Positions 1 to 13,000 of a stretch of DNA of 64,000 bases are shown piece after piece. Within the stretch, counting starts at the first letter, position 1. Each line of letters opens with the position of its first letter. Under the pieces are notes generated by a model. That model was not told the DNA's origin, made no database searches, and saw only the letters and a list, made by a program, of their open reading frames with translations. The DNA lies in NCBI GenBank assembly GCA_013239625.1, contig MU057349.1, positions 7,838,904 through 7,902,903 on the forward strand, in the 5' to 3' direction. This DNA comes from Lama guanicoe (Eukaryota). Both the position numbers and the translations under genes were made by a program.

Positions 1-1355
1 GCTCTCCTAAGTTTCCCTCAAGGTGTTAACTGATACCAGTTGATAATGCTCAAGGTGTTAGCCTTCCCAGGGATATCTACCTTTTATTGGGGAGCTCCTG
101 AAGGCTGGCTGAATTTCAAGAAGCAAAGAAAGGAGCTCTTTGAATCGCGGTTGGAAAATGTGTGTCCTTCCTGTGGCTCACAAAGGGTCCTGCCCGGGAC
201 ACCAATCAGCCCCTGCTCTGCCACCCTGGAGACTGTCTCCAGAGAGAAATCTCCTTTCCTACTCCATCCACCAGACCACTTTGAGGTCTTACTTTGTCTT
301 AAGGATGGAAACGGAAAGAAAAGAATCATCTTGGTGCCTAGAACTTTCTGACAGCAGGACCCATCTGGTTCTGTCTGAGCCGTCTCTCAGTAAAATTGTT
401 AGTAAGTGAATTGTTTCTTGACGTTTACTTGGGGATACAATCCAAACACTGCCACCAGGTGGGATTTCTTCCACCTAGCAGGACAGACACGTCCCACAGC
501 GTTTCCAAGATCAATAACATGTAAGACCTCTTCCTACCTAAATGAGGGGAAACGGAACAATTTAAAACCGCTAGAAAAATGCCTGGTTGCCCATCGCCCT
601 TTGTTGGAACTTGTGTCTGACTTCCTAAATTAATTTCAAATAGGCTATTGCGTATGATTTAAGAGGAAAGTGGGAAATAGGAATTCAGGGGCTGAGGTTT
701 GCTGTATGATCACTTGCATATCTTTTATGATACGGATCATTTAAAAGTTTTGGAGAAGGCAGTTAACACTTACTTTATGGTACAAGTGCTCAATGCGCAG
801 AGAAAAATATTGAAAATGGGTTTCCTCCCAATCTTTTTATCACTGGAAGAGTAACAGTACTGCTTTTCTCTAAAAAGGAAACAAATTTCTGCTATCAACA
901 TGAATTTCCTCTGAAGACAGCCCTGTTGAGGCTGTGCAGATATAATCAGCTATCAGAAGTCAAAAACAAAATAATAATAATAAGAAAGTCTCTCTTCATC
1001 TTTCTGCCATCTTAGGTGACAGAATTAGGATGTCACGGTTTGTGCCCCAGTGTTCTTACAGCTGCTCTTCTGAAGGGGATTTACTGAGGACCTACTGCAG
1101 GCAAAGACCTCTCCCAGGTGCTATGCATGACCCTTGGGAGGCTGCTGTCTAAATAGGGACGCAAATGTACACAAGTGCCCATTGTTCATGATCTGTTAGT
1201 GTTCATGTGTTTATGTATCAAATAATAATGGCCTGGAGTCTTCCAGAAAGGCTTTATGGAACAAATGAAATCTGAAATGTGCTGATCTGGAGAAGATTCA
1301 TGTTTTGATTTGGGTTTGATATCATATTACGTGGAAATTTGCACCAGAGTGTTTT

Positions 1356-1955
1356 TTTTTATTGAAGTCTACAATGTTGTGTTAATGTCTGGTGTACAGC
1401 ATAATGTTTCAACCATACATACACATTCATATATTTGTTTTCATATTCTTTTTCATTATAGGTTACAACAAGATATTGAATACAGTTCCTTGTGCTAAAG
1501 TTGTCATTTATCTATTTTAGATATAGTAGTTAATATCTGCAAATCTCAGACTCCCAATTTATCCCTTCCCACCACCTTTCCCCAACTGGTAACCATAAGT
1601 TTGTTTTCTATGTCTGTGATTCTGTTTCTGTTTTGTAAATAAGTTCATTTGTGTTTTTTAGATTCCACATATAAGTGATATCATACGGTATTTTTCTTTC
1701 TCTTTTGGCTTACTTCACTTAGGATGACAGTCTCCAGAGCCATCCGTGTAGCTGCAAATGGCATTATTTTATTCTTTTTTTTTTGGCTGAGTAGTATTTC
1801 ATTGTATAAATATGCCACAGCTTCTTTACCCAGTCAGGGGACATTTAGGTTGATTCCATGTCTTGGTTATTGTAAAAAAGTGCTGCTATGAACACTGGCA
1901 TGCATGTCTTTTAGAATTAGAGTTTCCTCCAGATATATGCCCAGGAGTGGAATTG
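1356..1955 (-). mobile_element. 5'-truncated L1 (3' end)
   Basis: T-tail then antisense L1 3' UTR. TSD CAGAGTGTTTT at 1345-1355 and 1956-1966, followed by AA (TTTT/AA endonuclease site). Homologous to copies at 33115, 43769, 47190 and 58452. Confidence 0.9.
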
Positions 1956-4454
1956 CAGAGTGTTTTAAAGCAAGAACAACTACCACAGGATGGCCGCAGA
2001 TTCCTGGGTGGTGTTCCTCACCAATTCCTTAGAATTCAAAAATATATGCCAAACTAGCTGCAGAGGTAATCGCAAATCTCTTTTTAATTATTTACATTTC
2101 CTTCAAAATATAGATTCCAATAAAATGTACTGTACACTTAGTTTAGTTGTAGGGATGACGAAAATGGAAAAGAAGCATCCTTTGATCTTGTTGAGCATCG
2201 AGTCTGTCAGCATCTGTTCAATTTTAATTTCAGTCCAGCCAAATCCTATTCGGCTAACCTGGCACTATCCAGACACTCCTGCTCTGTTTACAGTTCAGCA
2301 GTCGTTACCAGGATTGACAACATGGATACCTGAAATACTTACACAGCATTTATGCAATCACTCTTCATTGCCTAGTAAAAGACTGGTTTGCAGTGGCTGG
2401 CTTCTTGCCAGAGTTATCTAGATCTTAATGTTATAAGGCAAGAATTTACCCTAGAGTTCAAAAATTGAAAAACAGGGTGGAGGAGTTGGTAGTGGTGATC
2501 ATTTGTGGTCAAAGAAAGCTATTTGCTTTTCTGTGGGCAGATATCCAGGGGCAGTTTGAAATGACTTCCCTCAAGGAAGAAACAACAGAAAAACACCTGG
2601 AAATCCTGAAGTGAAAGTAGAGAATCAAATTAGTTCCCAGTGGTGATATTTATCATTTCTACACCCTCTGTCCATATTTTTAAATCATTCGTCACCATAC
2701 CTAAGCGATTTTAATTGATCCTGTCAAGGTTTTTAACATAGGTCATCTGAGTAGCTACACCCGGAAATTTATTTGCTGGGTGAAAAGGCAGATGCTTGCA
2801 GCCATGCTGATGATTGGATCCCTGGGTTGCTGAGGTGACAAATGAGATCACCCTCCTCCAGATACTGGAGGGTCAGTAGCCTCTTTAATCCACAGCCCTA
2901 TTGCCACCATCTTGTGGACCACATTTAGGGGTAGGGCCAGTGGGAAGGAAGAGGGACCAAAGGAGGTAGAATTAAGAAAGTGGGAGAAGGGAGAGGGGTG
3001 AGCCTGAGAGCAGAAGGGAGGGGGAGGAGTGAGGCAGCCAGGTGTAGTTCTGCACTGCCAGCTAATCCTCACCTATGGGGGCTTAGAGGCAAGACTGCCT
3101 GGGAGGATGCTATGGAAATACGGATGGAAATGTTTGCTGAATTGTGTGTGGAACAATTGCTAGGACACAAAATAATGTACGTGTTACCCTTTTAGAAATT
3201 CAGCTTAGGAAACAAACACCAAAAGGGCGAGGTGAAAAAAGAGAGATAAATTCTAAGAGGAAAAGAGTTTTTAAACTAACAGCTTTTCCCCAAAGACAAG
3301 AATCAAACTCAGTAAACTGCCATGTATGGACATCCAAGAGAAATTCAAGAGAGAGAAATCTGCTAGTAAAAAGGTTTTGGGGAGGCCGTAAGAATTTAAA
3401 CACAAATTACAGAGGAAGGATGGCACCTGAACTGCCTGCAGGAAGAAACTGATTAGGATGGTGGAGTCGAGTTCCACCCACAAATCCTGCAGACAACACG
3501 CAGAAAACAATGGGACCAGCACCTGAGGAGACACTCAGACTATCAAATCACAAAGACTCAATGAACAGCCAGCGGGAGGAAGGCTTCAAGGCAGGCTAGC
3601 AAAATTTCTCATGCTGTGATTCAAGCATGACACAGAACATTCTACCGAGGGCGAAAACATCAGTTGTTATAAGTAAAACCCTTTTCTTTTCTTGGTGGGG
3701 GAGTGGGTTAAGAAAGGGGAAGTGTAATGGCAAATTCTCATAGCACCATTATCAGCTGAAATTTTCAGTATAGGTGGGATTGAACAGTACGACAGAAAAT
3801 ATGACCAGGTGTGTCAGTTAGTGATAAAGCCTTACTGTGCACGTTGTTCAGATGTGTTGATTGTGAAGCAGAATCACCAGAGTCAAGCATGAAAAGGGAT
3901 CCAGCTCCCTCACAGTATAATTTCTTTATTTTTTAATCAAACAGGAAAAAGCCAAAATACTATGTGGTTCTAAAGATACAGTTAACACACAGAAATATTC
4001 TATGTCCTAGGCATAGAAAAGGGAAACTGAGAAGAGATATTCCAATATGCTAATTTTGGTTTTGTTTGTGTCCTATGATGACAGGTGATGTGAAAATAGT
4101 GTTTCTGCTCTCAAGGATGTAATTAGTTGTTTTTTCTTATTCTGTATGTTTAGTCATCTTTAATTTTCATATCATTACAATTTTAAGGAATGTCTTAGTT
4201 GAAAAGCAGTTGAAATGACTTCAAAAAAGGAAATAAACAAAAGCTAAAATCAAAGTATTCTGTTATAGGAAGATAAACTTTTTTATTCTATATATTAATA
4301 TAGGAAAATAAATATATTCGATGGGAGATATCTGGTGTAACACCCCTCATCTTATCACTGTTCAGTTGGATTCTGTTCTACAAATATTATATTAAGCATA
4401 TAATGATGTGTAAGGAAATTAGGGGAAGGCAGTAAGGGTAAAAGACGAATAACT

Positions 4455-4560
4455 GGAGGGAGGGTATAGCTCAGTGGTAGAGTGTATGCTTAGCATGCAT
4501 GAGGTTCTGGGTTCAATCGCCAGTACCTTCATCAAAAAAAATTTTTTTTAATAAATAAAT
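4455..4560 (+). mobile_element. tRNA-derived SINE (camelid Vic-1-like)
   Basis: GGGAGGGTATAGCTCAGTGGTAGAG (A box)...GGTTCAATCGCC (B box), A-rich tail, TSD core GAATAACT at 4447-4454 and 4568-4575. Confidence 0.85.
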
Positions 4561-4819
4561 AGAAAATGAATAACTATTCCTGCCTTCAAGGTCTTTGCAT
4601 CTAATAAGTCAGATCAATGTAATGACACTTCCACATCTCCCGAACCCCAAACCTATGCCTTGGATTCTTGTCTGATTTTCTTATTTAGGACAGAGAACAA
4701 GGTGTTGGGGGGAAATCCTCGGAGTGACTGATTATTCTTAGTGTAGATCATGAAAAACGTGTGAGACCCTCAGTCACTGTAGAGCACTCAGTAGGCTCTC
4801 CTTTCCAATTTTTTGCTAG

Positions 4820-5165
4820 TGGCTGGAACATTTTCCTTCCAGACCTTGTTAGGCGGACTTACTCATCATTCAGGTCTCTGTTCAAATACTGGGTCCTCAG
4901 AGAGGTGTCTCGTGACCACCTCACCACCCTGGAACCGCATCCCCCTCCACATATACACACCATTCTTGATCCTATTTGTTTTATTATCTTCATGGTACCT
5001 CTGTGAAATTCTTGAATTTTTTAATTTGGTTTTATTGTCCATTTCTCTTGGAATGTAAACTCCATGAGGGTAGGATTTCAAAGGTCTTCTGTATGGCTCT
5101 ATCCCCAGCTTCTAGAATAGTGTATGGCTCATAATGTATACTCAATGAATATTTATGAACACATG
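4820..5165 (+). mobile_element. L2 3' end
   Basis: GAATGTAAACTCCATGAGGGTAGG...TATCCCCAGCTTCTAGAATAGTG...CTCAATGAATATTTATGAA. Confidence 0.65.
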
Positions 5166-6142
5166 AGGAAGCACCTACCTCTGCCTCTCTCGATCTTACA
5201 ATCTTGACCCTAGATTTTTTTTTTATAACAAATAATTACTTTGCTCCCACTGTATCTCTAGTACCTAGAGGGATTTCTGGTACATGAGGGATATTCACTT
5301 AAAAAACAAAACTGTTAGCAAAAATGATGATAGAACAGGAGCCAGGAAGAACAAAGCAGAAAATCAAAGTGTGGTGTAAGCCAGATTATGGAGTTGTGTG
5401 TTGGTCTCTGTGTGTTTATTTCCATGAACCTTTAGTCAATGATTGTTTGCAAGTTCCAGGCTTGCCTCAGCTATGTGACAGAAATCCAAAATTAAATTAG
5501 TTGTGTGTTCAAGCTTAGCCAGAATAAGAGAGAAAGGCATAGCAGAATCCTTTAGTGCAGTGCAGTAACAAAAAGAAGAATCAGCCAGAGAAAGACGGGG
5601 CAGATGGAAAATCTCTGGGGAAGAAGAGTCAGACAATAGGTCTGCTCACTTCTTCCCCATGTGGATGTTCTCCCATTGCTGCCAACCTGGAGGGAGCTGG
5701 GTTTTATTAGAGAGACCTCTTTCTTTATAAAAGTAAACTGAAGCAGCATATGCCAGAATCTCTCAAATGCTATGAGAGGTATAAAATGCTGTGAAGATTT
5801 AAAGGATTAAGAGCTCACAAGCCGTTGGAGTGATTAAGAATTATTGCACAGAAAAGGTAGCATTTGCAGATGGTCTTGAGGAGCAAAAACCAGGCAAAGG
5901 AAGACTGCAAGTGAAAAAAGTGTAAATGAACCATCTACCATGGCATAGGGGATATGTGGGGAAAAATAGAGACACACCAGAAAATCAGGCTGAGGACAAA
6001 CGGTGGAAGGCTATGAATATCAAACTGAGGATTTTTTTTTTGCTTAAATTTAATTGATAATGAGCAACTACTTACTGGTTTTTGAGAAAGATTTTATTAA
6101 GTTTTAGGAGGATAAATCTGGTAGCAGTATTTAGATGACTAC

Positions 6143-6696
6143 TATGATAGGCAGGATTCTAAACTGACTCCTAGTTATTTGTATAATCTCCATATTCAGT
6201 GTAAGAGAAAGTATGACAGGATATCCCTTTGGTGATTAGTTTATGCTACATGGTAAAATTGAGTTTACTAAAGGGAGATTACTTTGGTGGGCTGGACCTC
6301 AGACAAGTCCCTTAAAAGGCTGGGGACCCTCTCTGGAGAAAGAGATTATAAATACTCTATTTAATATGCAAGAAGTTCCCCATTGCTGGTATGAAGATGG
6401 AGAGGACACATGGCAGAAGTGGCAGGTGGCTTCTGGGAGATAATAACAAACCCTGATAATCCTCAAGAAGATGAGACCTCAGTCCTACAAGCGTTAAGGA
6501 ACTGCAATATGTCGACACATGAATGAGCTTTCAGATAAGAACCCCACCTATCCGGCACCTTCAGTGTGAGACCCTAAGCAGAAACGCAGGTGAGCCCACC
6601 TGGACTTCTGACCTACGGAACTGTGGCATAACAAATGAGAGCTGTTTTAAGCCTCTAGGTTGATAATTTGTTGAGCAGCAATAGAAATCAAATACA
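6143..6696 (+). mobile_element. MLT1 (ERVL-MaLR) LTR
   Basis: Typical MLT1 3' end GGACTTCTGACCTACGGAACTGTG...TGTTTTAAGCC...TAATTTGTTGAGCAGCAATAGAAATCAAATACA. Confidence 0.8.
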
Positions 6697-7949
6697 GTTG
6701 GAGTGAGGAAGAACTGGAAGCCATCTGGGAGACTTTAACTAGTCTTGATTAGAATAAGTTAGCAACTAAATGAAAGAGGTTGCAATAAAAATAAAGAGGA
6801 CAGATGACAGAGATATCAAAGAAATGGTGTCTATGTGACTTAGCAATGATTAGAAATGATGGTCAGAGAGAGAGAAGGCAAATGTGACTCTAAGACTTGG
6901 AACCAGGGTGGCTACAAAGATACTGGTGCCATTCACAGAAGAGTGGAAACCAAGAATAAGATGGGGGGGGCATGATCAGTTTCATTACAGATGCACAGAA
7001 TTTATGATGCCAACAAGGCATCCACAAGTTTGTAAAAAATGGGAGTCTGAAATTCTACAGTGAAGCTTAGTTTAGGAAAGGCATTTTTGGAATTTCTGAT
7101 AAATAAATAGCTACATACATAGCTAAAGTGAGGTAACTGAGGAAGTAACTGGAGAGAGAGACTGGTATGAAGTTGGAGAGAATCCCAGAAGAAAGGCCTC
7201 TCCCATCTCTGTGTTCTTGATAACTCCTCCGCCTGGAATATCCTATCTGAAATAGTCCTGGAGAAACACCTATTTAACTTTCAAATCTCAATTCAAGTAT
7301 CATCTCCTCCATGCAACACTTCCTGCCTTATTCAGCCATTCAAAACTATCCTAAGGTTTCTTAAGTGATAATATTCCTGTCTCCCCAGTAGGGAGAATAG
7401 GGACCATTTCATTTCATCTTTGTATCTTCAATACCAAATTAAGTGTCAAAAACACAACAGATACTAAATATTTGTTTAGTGAAGGAAACAAAGGTATGTG
7501 TAATCAAAAATACAAGAAGAAACCAAAATAGTGCCATATACATAAAAAAGAAAGAGAGTTTCCAGGAGAGGGTGGTAAATAGTGTCGAACACTTAAAGGT
7601 AAATAAGGATGAAGACTTGGGGTGGGGTGGCAATTGGACCGGTGTTTAGAAGTTTAGAACCTAACACAAATTTCAGTAGAGAACAAAGATCCTCTTATAG
7701 AAGGTAATAAACAAAATGAAGTGATGTGATTCTAGGCAGTAAGAACATGAAATGTTAGGTACAGACTACTTTTTAAACAAGTTAAGAGATCAAAGAAAAG
7801 AAAATGATAGGATGATAGTTTGTGAAACAGATAAGGAAAAGTGTTTTGATGTTTGGTTTTGTTTTTAGAATGAAGAAAAACTTAACAAGTTTACAGGCAG
7901 AATAGAAAATAACTACTAATAAATGGATTGAAGGTTCACAGACTTTGCA

Positions 7950-8501
7950 TTTTCCATTGTCCCTTCTTCCTTGACAACTGAACCCAGATTCTGTTTGCAG
8001 TGGAAATGTGCCCAGACCGAGACAAGATACTCAATTTCCCAGTCCCCCTCATTCAGAAAATTTTGAATGGCCCCAGATGGAGGTGGCCGTGAGATAAGAT
8101 TTTGACCAGTGGTATATGAGAGATACCTGTCAGAGTTCTGAGAGAGCCTTTACTTTTCTTGGTGAAAAGGTAAAGGTATAGCTGGTTGCCTCCCCTTTTC
8201 TCCTCCTTTCTTCCTTGAGTGAGGACTTGATGGCTGGAGTTGTAGGAGCCATCTGATGACCCTGAGTCAGCAAGAAAGAGAGAAAAGATGAGTCACATAA
8301 ACATGAGACATGACACTGTCAAGTCACTGAACAAATACGAACAGCTCCTTAACTGCAGATTTCTTACAAGAGGAAAAATAAACCCCTATATATTTACGCT
8401 ACTGTGAATCAGATACATATATATATATCAGGTATATATGTGTGTGTATATCTATCTATCTATATATATATCCTTGCAGTCAAGTAAGTTTGTAACTAAT
8501 A
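7950..8501 (+). mobile_element. Old MLT1 (MLT1J/K-like) LTR with internal (TA)n/(TG)n microsatellite
   Basis: GATGGCTGGAGTTGTAGGAGCCATCT...AAAATAAACCCCTAT...TTGCAGTC...TAACTAATA motifs; degenerate. Confidence 0.6.
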
Positions 8502-11411
8502 AGGCTTTAAATATCTTTAATCAACCTTCTGATGTTTGAATCAGTTCTAAAATTTCTCCCAGTCGCTATCTACCTTATGTTTTCATAATTCCAGAGGCAG
8601 GAAATTTAGTAGTTATTAAAACTTTCTAGACCATTTTGGAGAGTTGTGGCCTTCATTAGAAAGCCTTCTCTTCTCAAAAACGTTTTAGGGTCCCCTACTT
8701 TTCCCTTGATCTAGCACTCAAGGCCTTCCGTAAACGCATTCCACCCTATAATCCATCTCTATTTCCTGTGCTCTCCAGCATACAAGCCCTATTCAGATCA
8801 GGTCAAACTTTGTCCCATCAGACACTGCCTTATTAGCATGGTAAACTCATTCTTACTTCTGCAACTTCTCTCTTACTGTTATTCTTTTCTAAATTACAAA
8901 TCCTTTATGTTTGACTTGCCTAAAGTCCTACCCATTTTTCAAGGCTAAATAAAACCTCACCTCTTCTAGGAAATCTTCCCTGGCTACTCCATCTCCCGTT
9001 GATTTCCTCCTTTCACTGTTTGAAACAGCAAATTGTGACATAGTCTCCAAAACATGGTTGAATACTACTTCTCCCATTTTTGGTTAATTGTCCCATGTGG
9101 CTTTCCTTGGTTCACCCACTAGAAGGTAAACTCTTCAGAGCCTAAGACACATTTTTCTTATATATTTTCCCCACAACTGCTGATACAGACTTGAGTAAGT
9201 ACTCAATACTACTAATTGTCAATGGGATGTGTTTAGAAAATGTATGTATACAGTGCTTAAGAGAGCTAAAAAGAAGACGTGTAGTATGCATACACACACA
9301 TATGCATATACACACACACACAGACATGATTTTGTGGTCAAAATTAGAGCTCAACTCAACAGAATCCACTAAAATTTCAAATTTGTGTTTGCTGTTATTT
9401 TAAGTTACACAGATGGCTTTCTTTAAATCTCCTTGTCTTTAGGAAGAGACTGATAAGTGTCCTTTGATTCAATGGTTGGCTGTAACAGTAACAGGTCCTC
9501 TCTAAAATAAAATAGGAAATTCCTACTACTAAAATACAAGACAAATTTTAATTAATCAGACTCAATAAGAAATCAGACTGTGTATCACCATTGTATTCAA
9601 TCCAGAAGCTCCTTTTTTTTTTTTTGAACAGCTACAAATCCTTCATACATCAGGTAAGTCAGATGCACAGCCAGAATTATGAATCCTAATATTTAGTCCT
9701 TTTGGGGGGAGGGCATCTAATGATGCCAGCATTCTGAGACAATTTAATCCAGCCAGATCTGAGATTCTATGACCTAAGATAAAAGAAACATCCTTTTATG
9801 GTCTTAAAGTGTTATAACATGGCATCTCTAGGTGGGAAATACTATACCCAATTCAAGTTTTTAAACATTTTTTTTTAATTGTCAGTTTACCCAGTTCAGT
9901 TTGCTTTCAGCTCATTTGCCCAGGAAGTCACTCAGAAGGTCTGGCATGAGGGCCATTTCTTTGTCATTGCTGGACATGATACTGCTGGCTTATCTGTTTC
10001 ATCCCTTGCTCCATCTTGGGCATAGGTTAGTTGCAAATGAGTTGCTTTTGGTCCTGAATGTAGCTATTACAAGCGTTCTTCAGTTTGCTGGCTTCCATTC
10101 ACACTTTTTTGTCCAGTCTCACAATTACAAGTGAGAGTTCTGGCTAGGGGTTATTCTACTTGCTTAACATTTTGTCCCTTTGTTTACTCTAAATGTAGTG
10201 GCAGATCACTAAAATGTAAAGATGGATATGGCCTGACCTCTGCTTTAAATAAAAACATACAAGCAATTCTCTTAGCTCATAGCTGATTCTTCTTAAGCAC
10301 TTGTTGTATGCAAGGCACTGTACGAATCTCTTGAAATAGACTTGTCCAATAATTATTCACAACAATTCTGTGCAACAGGAGCTACTATTTTATACTTATG
10401 ACTCCTATAAGAAAGTGGAAGCACAAGGGAAAGAAGGGAAAGTCTATACATCTAGTAAAAAGTGAAGGTAGGCATTGAAGACTTACGGTCAAACCCAGCA
10501 CTCACAGCACAGCTTCTACAGATGAAAAATTATGTCAAGTACAAAGTGGCAAAAGTAGCAAGATGGCTATGCACTTGATCTAAAGGAAGAGAAGTCTTGG
10601 GGATGGTTTCAAAAAGCAGGAAGGTGAAATTTTAGCAATGTAGACTGAGGCTGGAGGAGACCAAGAACTATATATTTAAAAAGTCAGAGGTGACCACCAA
10701 AGCAGATTTTTTTTTTTTCTCAATTTGGCATCCTCCCAGGGCAGGGTATAAAGATGTGAGAAAGCCCTGAAGGCAGGCCTAAAAAGAGAAGGCAGCTCAC
10801 AGAACTGAGAGGGAAAGAACCGAAGATTCACAGGGACAAATCAAAGAGGGAGAAAATTTGCAGGGCCTGTTGAATTTTGCAACTGGGTCTTCATTATTAA
10901 TCACAAAAGCTATTATGTTCTTTATGCAAGCAAAGATCACACACATGATCTCATTTAATCCTCACAACCACCCTTGAAGTTTGTGTTATTATCTGCAGCA
11001 CAGTTCCAGGGGTGGCCAAAGGCAAAACGTAAACCACAGTGGGCTGAAAAGTGATTGAGTGCGGAGAATGTAGTCTGCACTTGGGATAAGTTTGGGATAA
11101 AAAGGGATTGAGCCCTAAAGGCTAGTCAGTGTGCCAGTCACTTTAGCACTGTTTTCTAATGTCATCCAAACAAAACTCTAAAAGGGATGTGTCCTTATTG
11201 ACCTTTTAAAAAAAAAAGACAGAATTTTGGAAGCCCAGTGTGATCGAATAGCCTATATTCTTTTCCATAAACCCCACTGTGCTCCCACTAGGGAACAGAC
11301 AAGCTGAAACAGACATTTACTGAAGTCCTCACTGCACCAGGCCAGACAATGGGCTAAGAACATTTATGTGGACTGTGACATTGAAACTTCAGTTTAAATG
11401 GTAGTTTCATT

Positions 11412-11482
11412 GACTGGGACATTGTGCTGTACACCAGAAATTGACACATTGTAACTAACTATACTTCAATTAATTTTTTTAC
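11412..11482 (+). mobile_element. Ultra-short L1 3' tail insertion
   Basis: GACTGGGACATTGTGCTGTACACCAGAAATTGACACATTGTAACTAACTATACTTCAAT matches the reverse complement of the L1 termini elsewhere in the window. TSD ATG(G/C)TAGTTTCATT at 11398-11411 and 11483-11496. Confidence 0.8.
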
Positions 11483-11499
11483 ATGCTAGTTTCATTATT

Positions 11500-11700
11500 A
11501 ATAGTGTGGTGATTGGTGATAAAGGACCTGAGCCCAGGAGCCACACTCCCTGAGTTTGGAGCTCAGCTCTGCCATCCATGAGTATCCTTTTGTCTCAGTT
11601 TCCTCATCTGTAAAATGGGCTTCCTTCGAAGATAATACATTTGAAATAAAAAGAACAATGAGTACCTAGGGCATGAAAAGTGAGCAGTAAACTGTTAGCT
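11500..11700 (+). mobile_element. MIR
   Basis: MIR core TGTCTCAGTTTCCTCATCTGTAAAATGGG. Confidence 0.7.
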
Positions 11701-12683
11701 AATAGTTTAGTCACCATTTTACCCCCAGGGAAGAGAGGGTGAGGAAAGATCTCAGAGTTAAGCCGGCTGTGGATTCCAGCGTCTCCCAGAAGTCCTTCTG
11801 TTTCCCCAGGGCCTGCAATCTTGGAGACAAACCTCTTGAGGGGGAAAGTAGGGGTAGGTGAGTGTTTGTGGTGTGTTTGCTTGTCGGTTTATTTGTTTTA
11901 AGACGGGATTGACTGGCACCGTATCTTTCTCCTGAGGAGGAGGGAGACGCAAAGTAAAGATGCAGAAGAGAAGGAGCTATGATGGGTAAGCTCTCAGAGA
12001 GACAAGGAGAGATGGCAACCCAGCACAGATCAGGATCCGCAACCTGGATCAGGAGACGCCCAGGAAAGGAAATGAGGATGGTGTGCACCTCTCTATTTTA
12101 TTTGGAAGCAAAGGAGAAAGAATCCAGGAAGAAGTTTATTTTCCTCTGCTCGCTTGCTGGCCAGGAAACAGCCAAAGTTCTTGATGGGATCAAAAAATAA
12201 CACCCACTCCCTTCTGCCCTTTCTTTCTTCCTCGACCGTCTCCTTTACCCCCTCCTCTTCCCAACCACCCCCACCCCTACTTCCTCTTCTTTCCCCTCCT
12301 TCCCCTGCTAGTTTGCCGGTTACTTCCCTCTTCCCTTCGCTCCTGGCTATAGAGGGGTCCCAGCTGCCTGCGAGCGAGCGCAAGGGAGATAGTGAGATTG
12401 GCGGCGGACTGTACACATCAGCCAGGGAACGAAGTCTCTCTCTCTTTCTCCCCCCCCCCCCCCACACATACACACAAACACACACACTCACACACACATT
12501 CAAAACTCGATCCGGCTGCACCGCGGCTGCTCCAATCCTTGCAAAAGGCGAACGAGCGCCCTCCGGCCCGCGGCGCTCAACCCGGCTCGGGCTCTGCGCC
12601 CGACTCAGCGCTGGTCCCCGTGCGCAGCGCGGTCGCTTCGGCAGGCTGTTCCCGAAAATAAAGGGGGGAGAGAGGGTACGGAC

Positions 12684-13000
12684 AGATCCGAAAACACCCC
12701 GGCCACACACGCCGCGACTTCAGCTCTTCGGCGTCCGAGTACAGACGGTCCTGGCAGCGCCCTGCGCTTGGTGAGGTCCTCGCCGCTGCCCGGGAAGAGC
12801 CCACCTGCCGGTCCGTGATCGGCCCGCGCGAAAAGTGGGGCTTGTCGCTGTCCTGCTCAGGCAGCGTCCGCGCTCTGGGCGCCCTTGCACCAGGTAGTTG
12901 TGAGTTCAGCCCTTGGCTCTGCCGCGGGCCCCTCGCGCCTTAGAGGGTCCTCCCCCGCCCCCGGGACGCGGCAGCAGACGCTCGGTGCCGGGACCTCGCT
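12684..13000 (+). other. BMP3: BMP3 5' UTR (approximate start)
   Basis: AGATCCGAAAACACCCCGGCCACACACGCCGCGAC... resembles the 5' end of human BMP3 mRNA as I recall it. No upstream ATG between 12684 and 13000. A/T-rich box ~27 nt upstream. Confidence 0.6.

Noticed and set aside
2904-2917. CTCF-like CCACAAGATGGTGG on the minus strand
   Set aside because: Mismatch at the highly conserved C of the GGC core and no supporting CpG retention.
4458-4530. Possible tRNA gene
   Set aside because: A-rich tail, TSD, diverged second copy and no convincing acceptor stem indicate a SINE.
12093-12804. Overlapping 205-206 aa ORFs on both strands in the promoter
   Set aside because: Non-ATG starts, low-complexity translation of pyrimidine tracts and microsatellites; long ORFs are expected in stop-poor GC-rich CpG islands.
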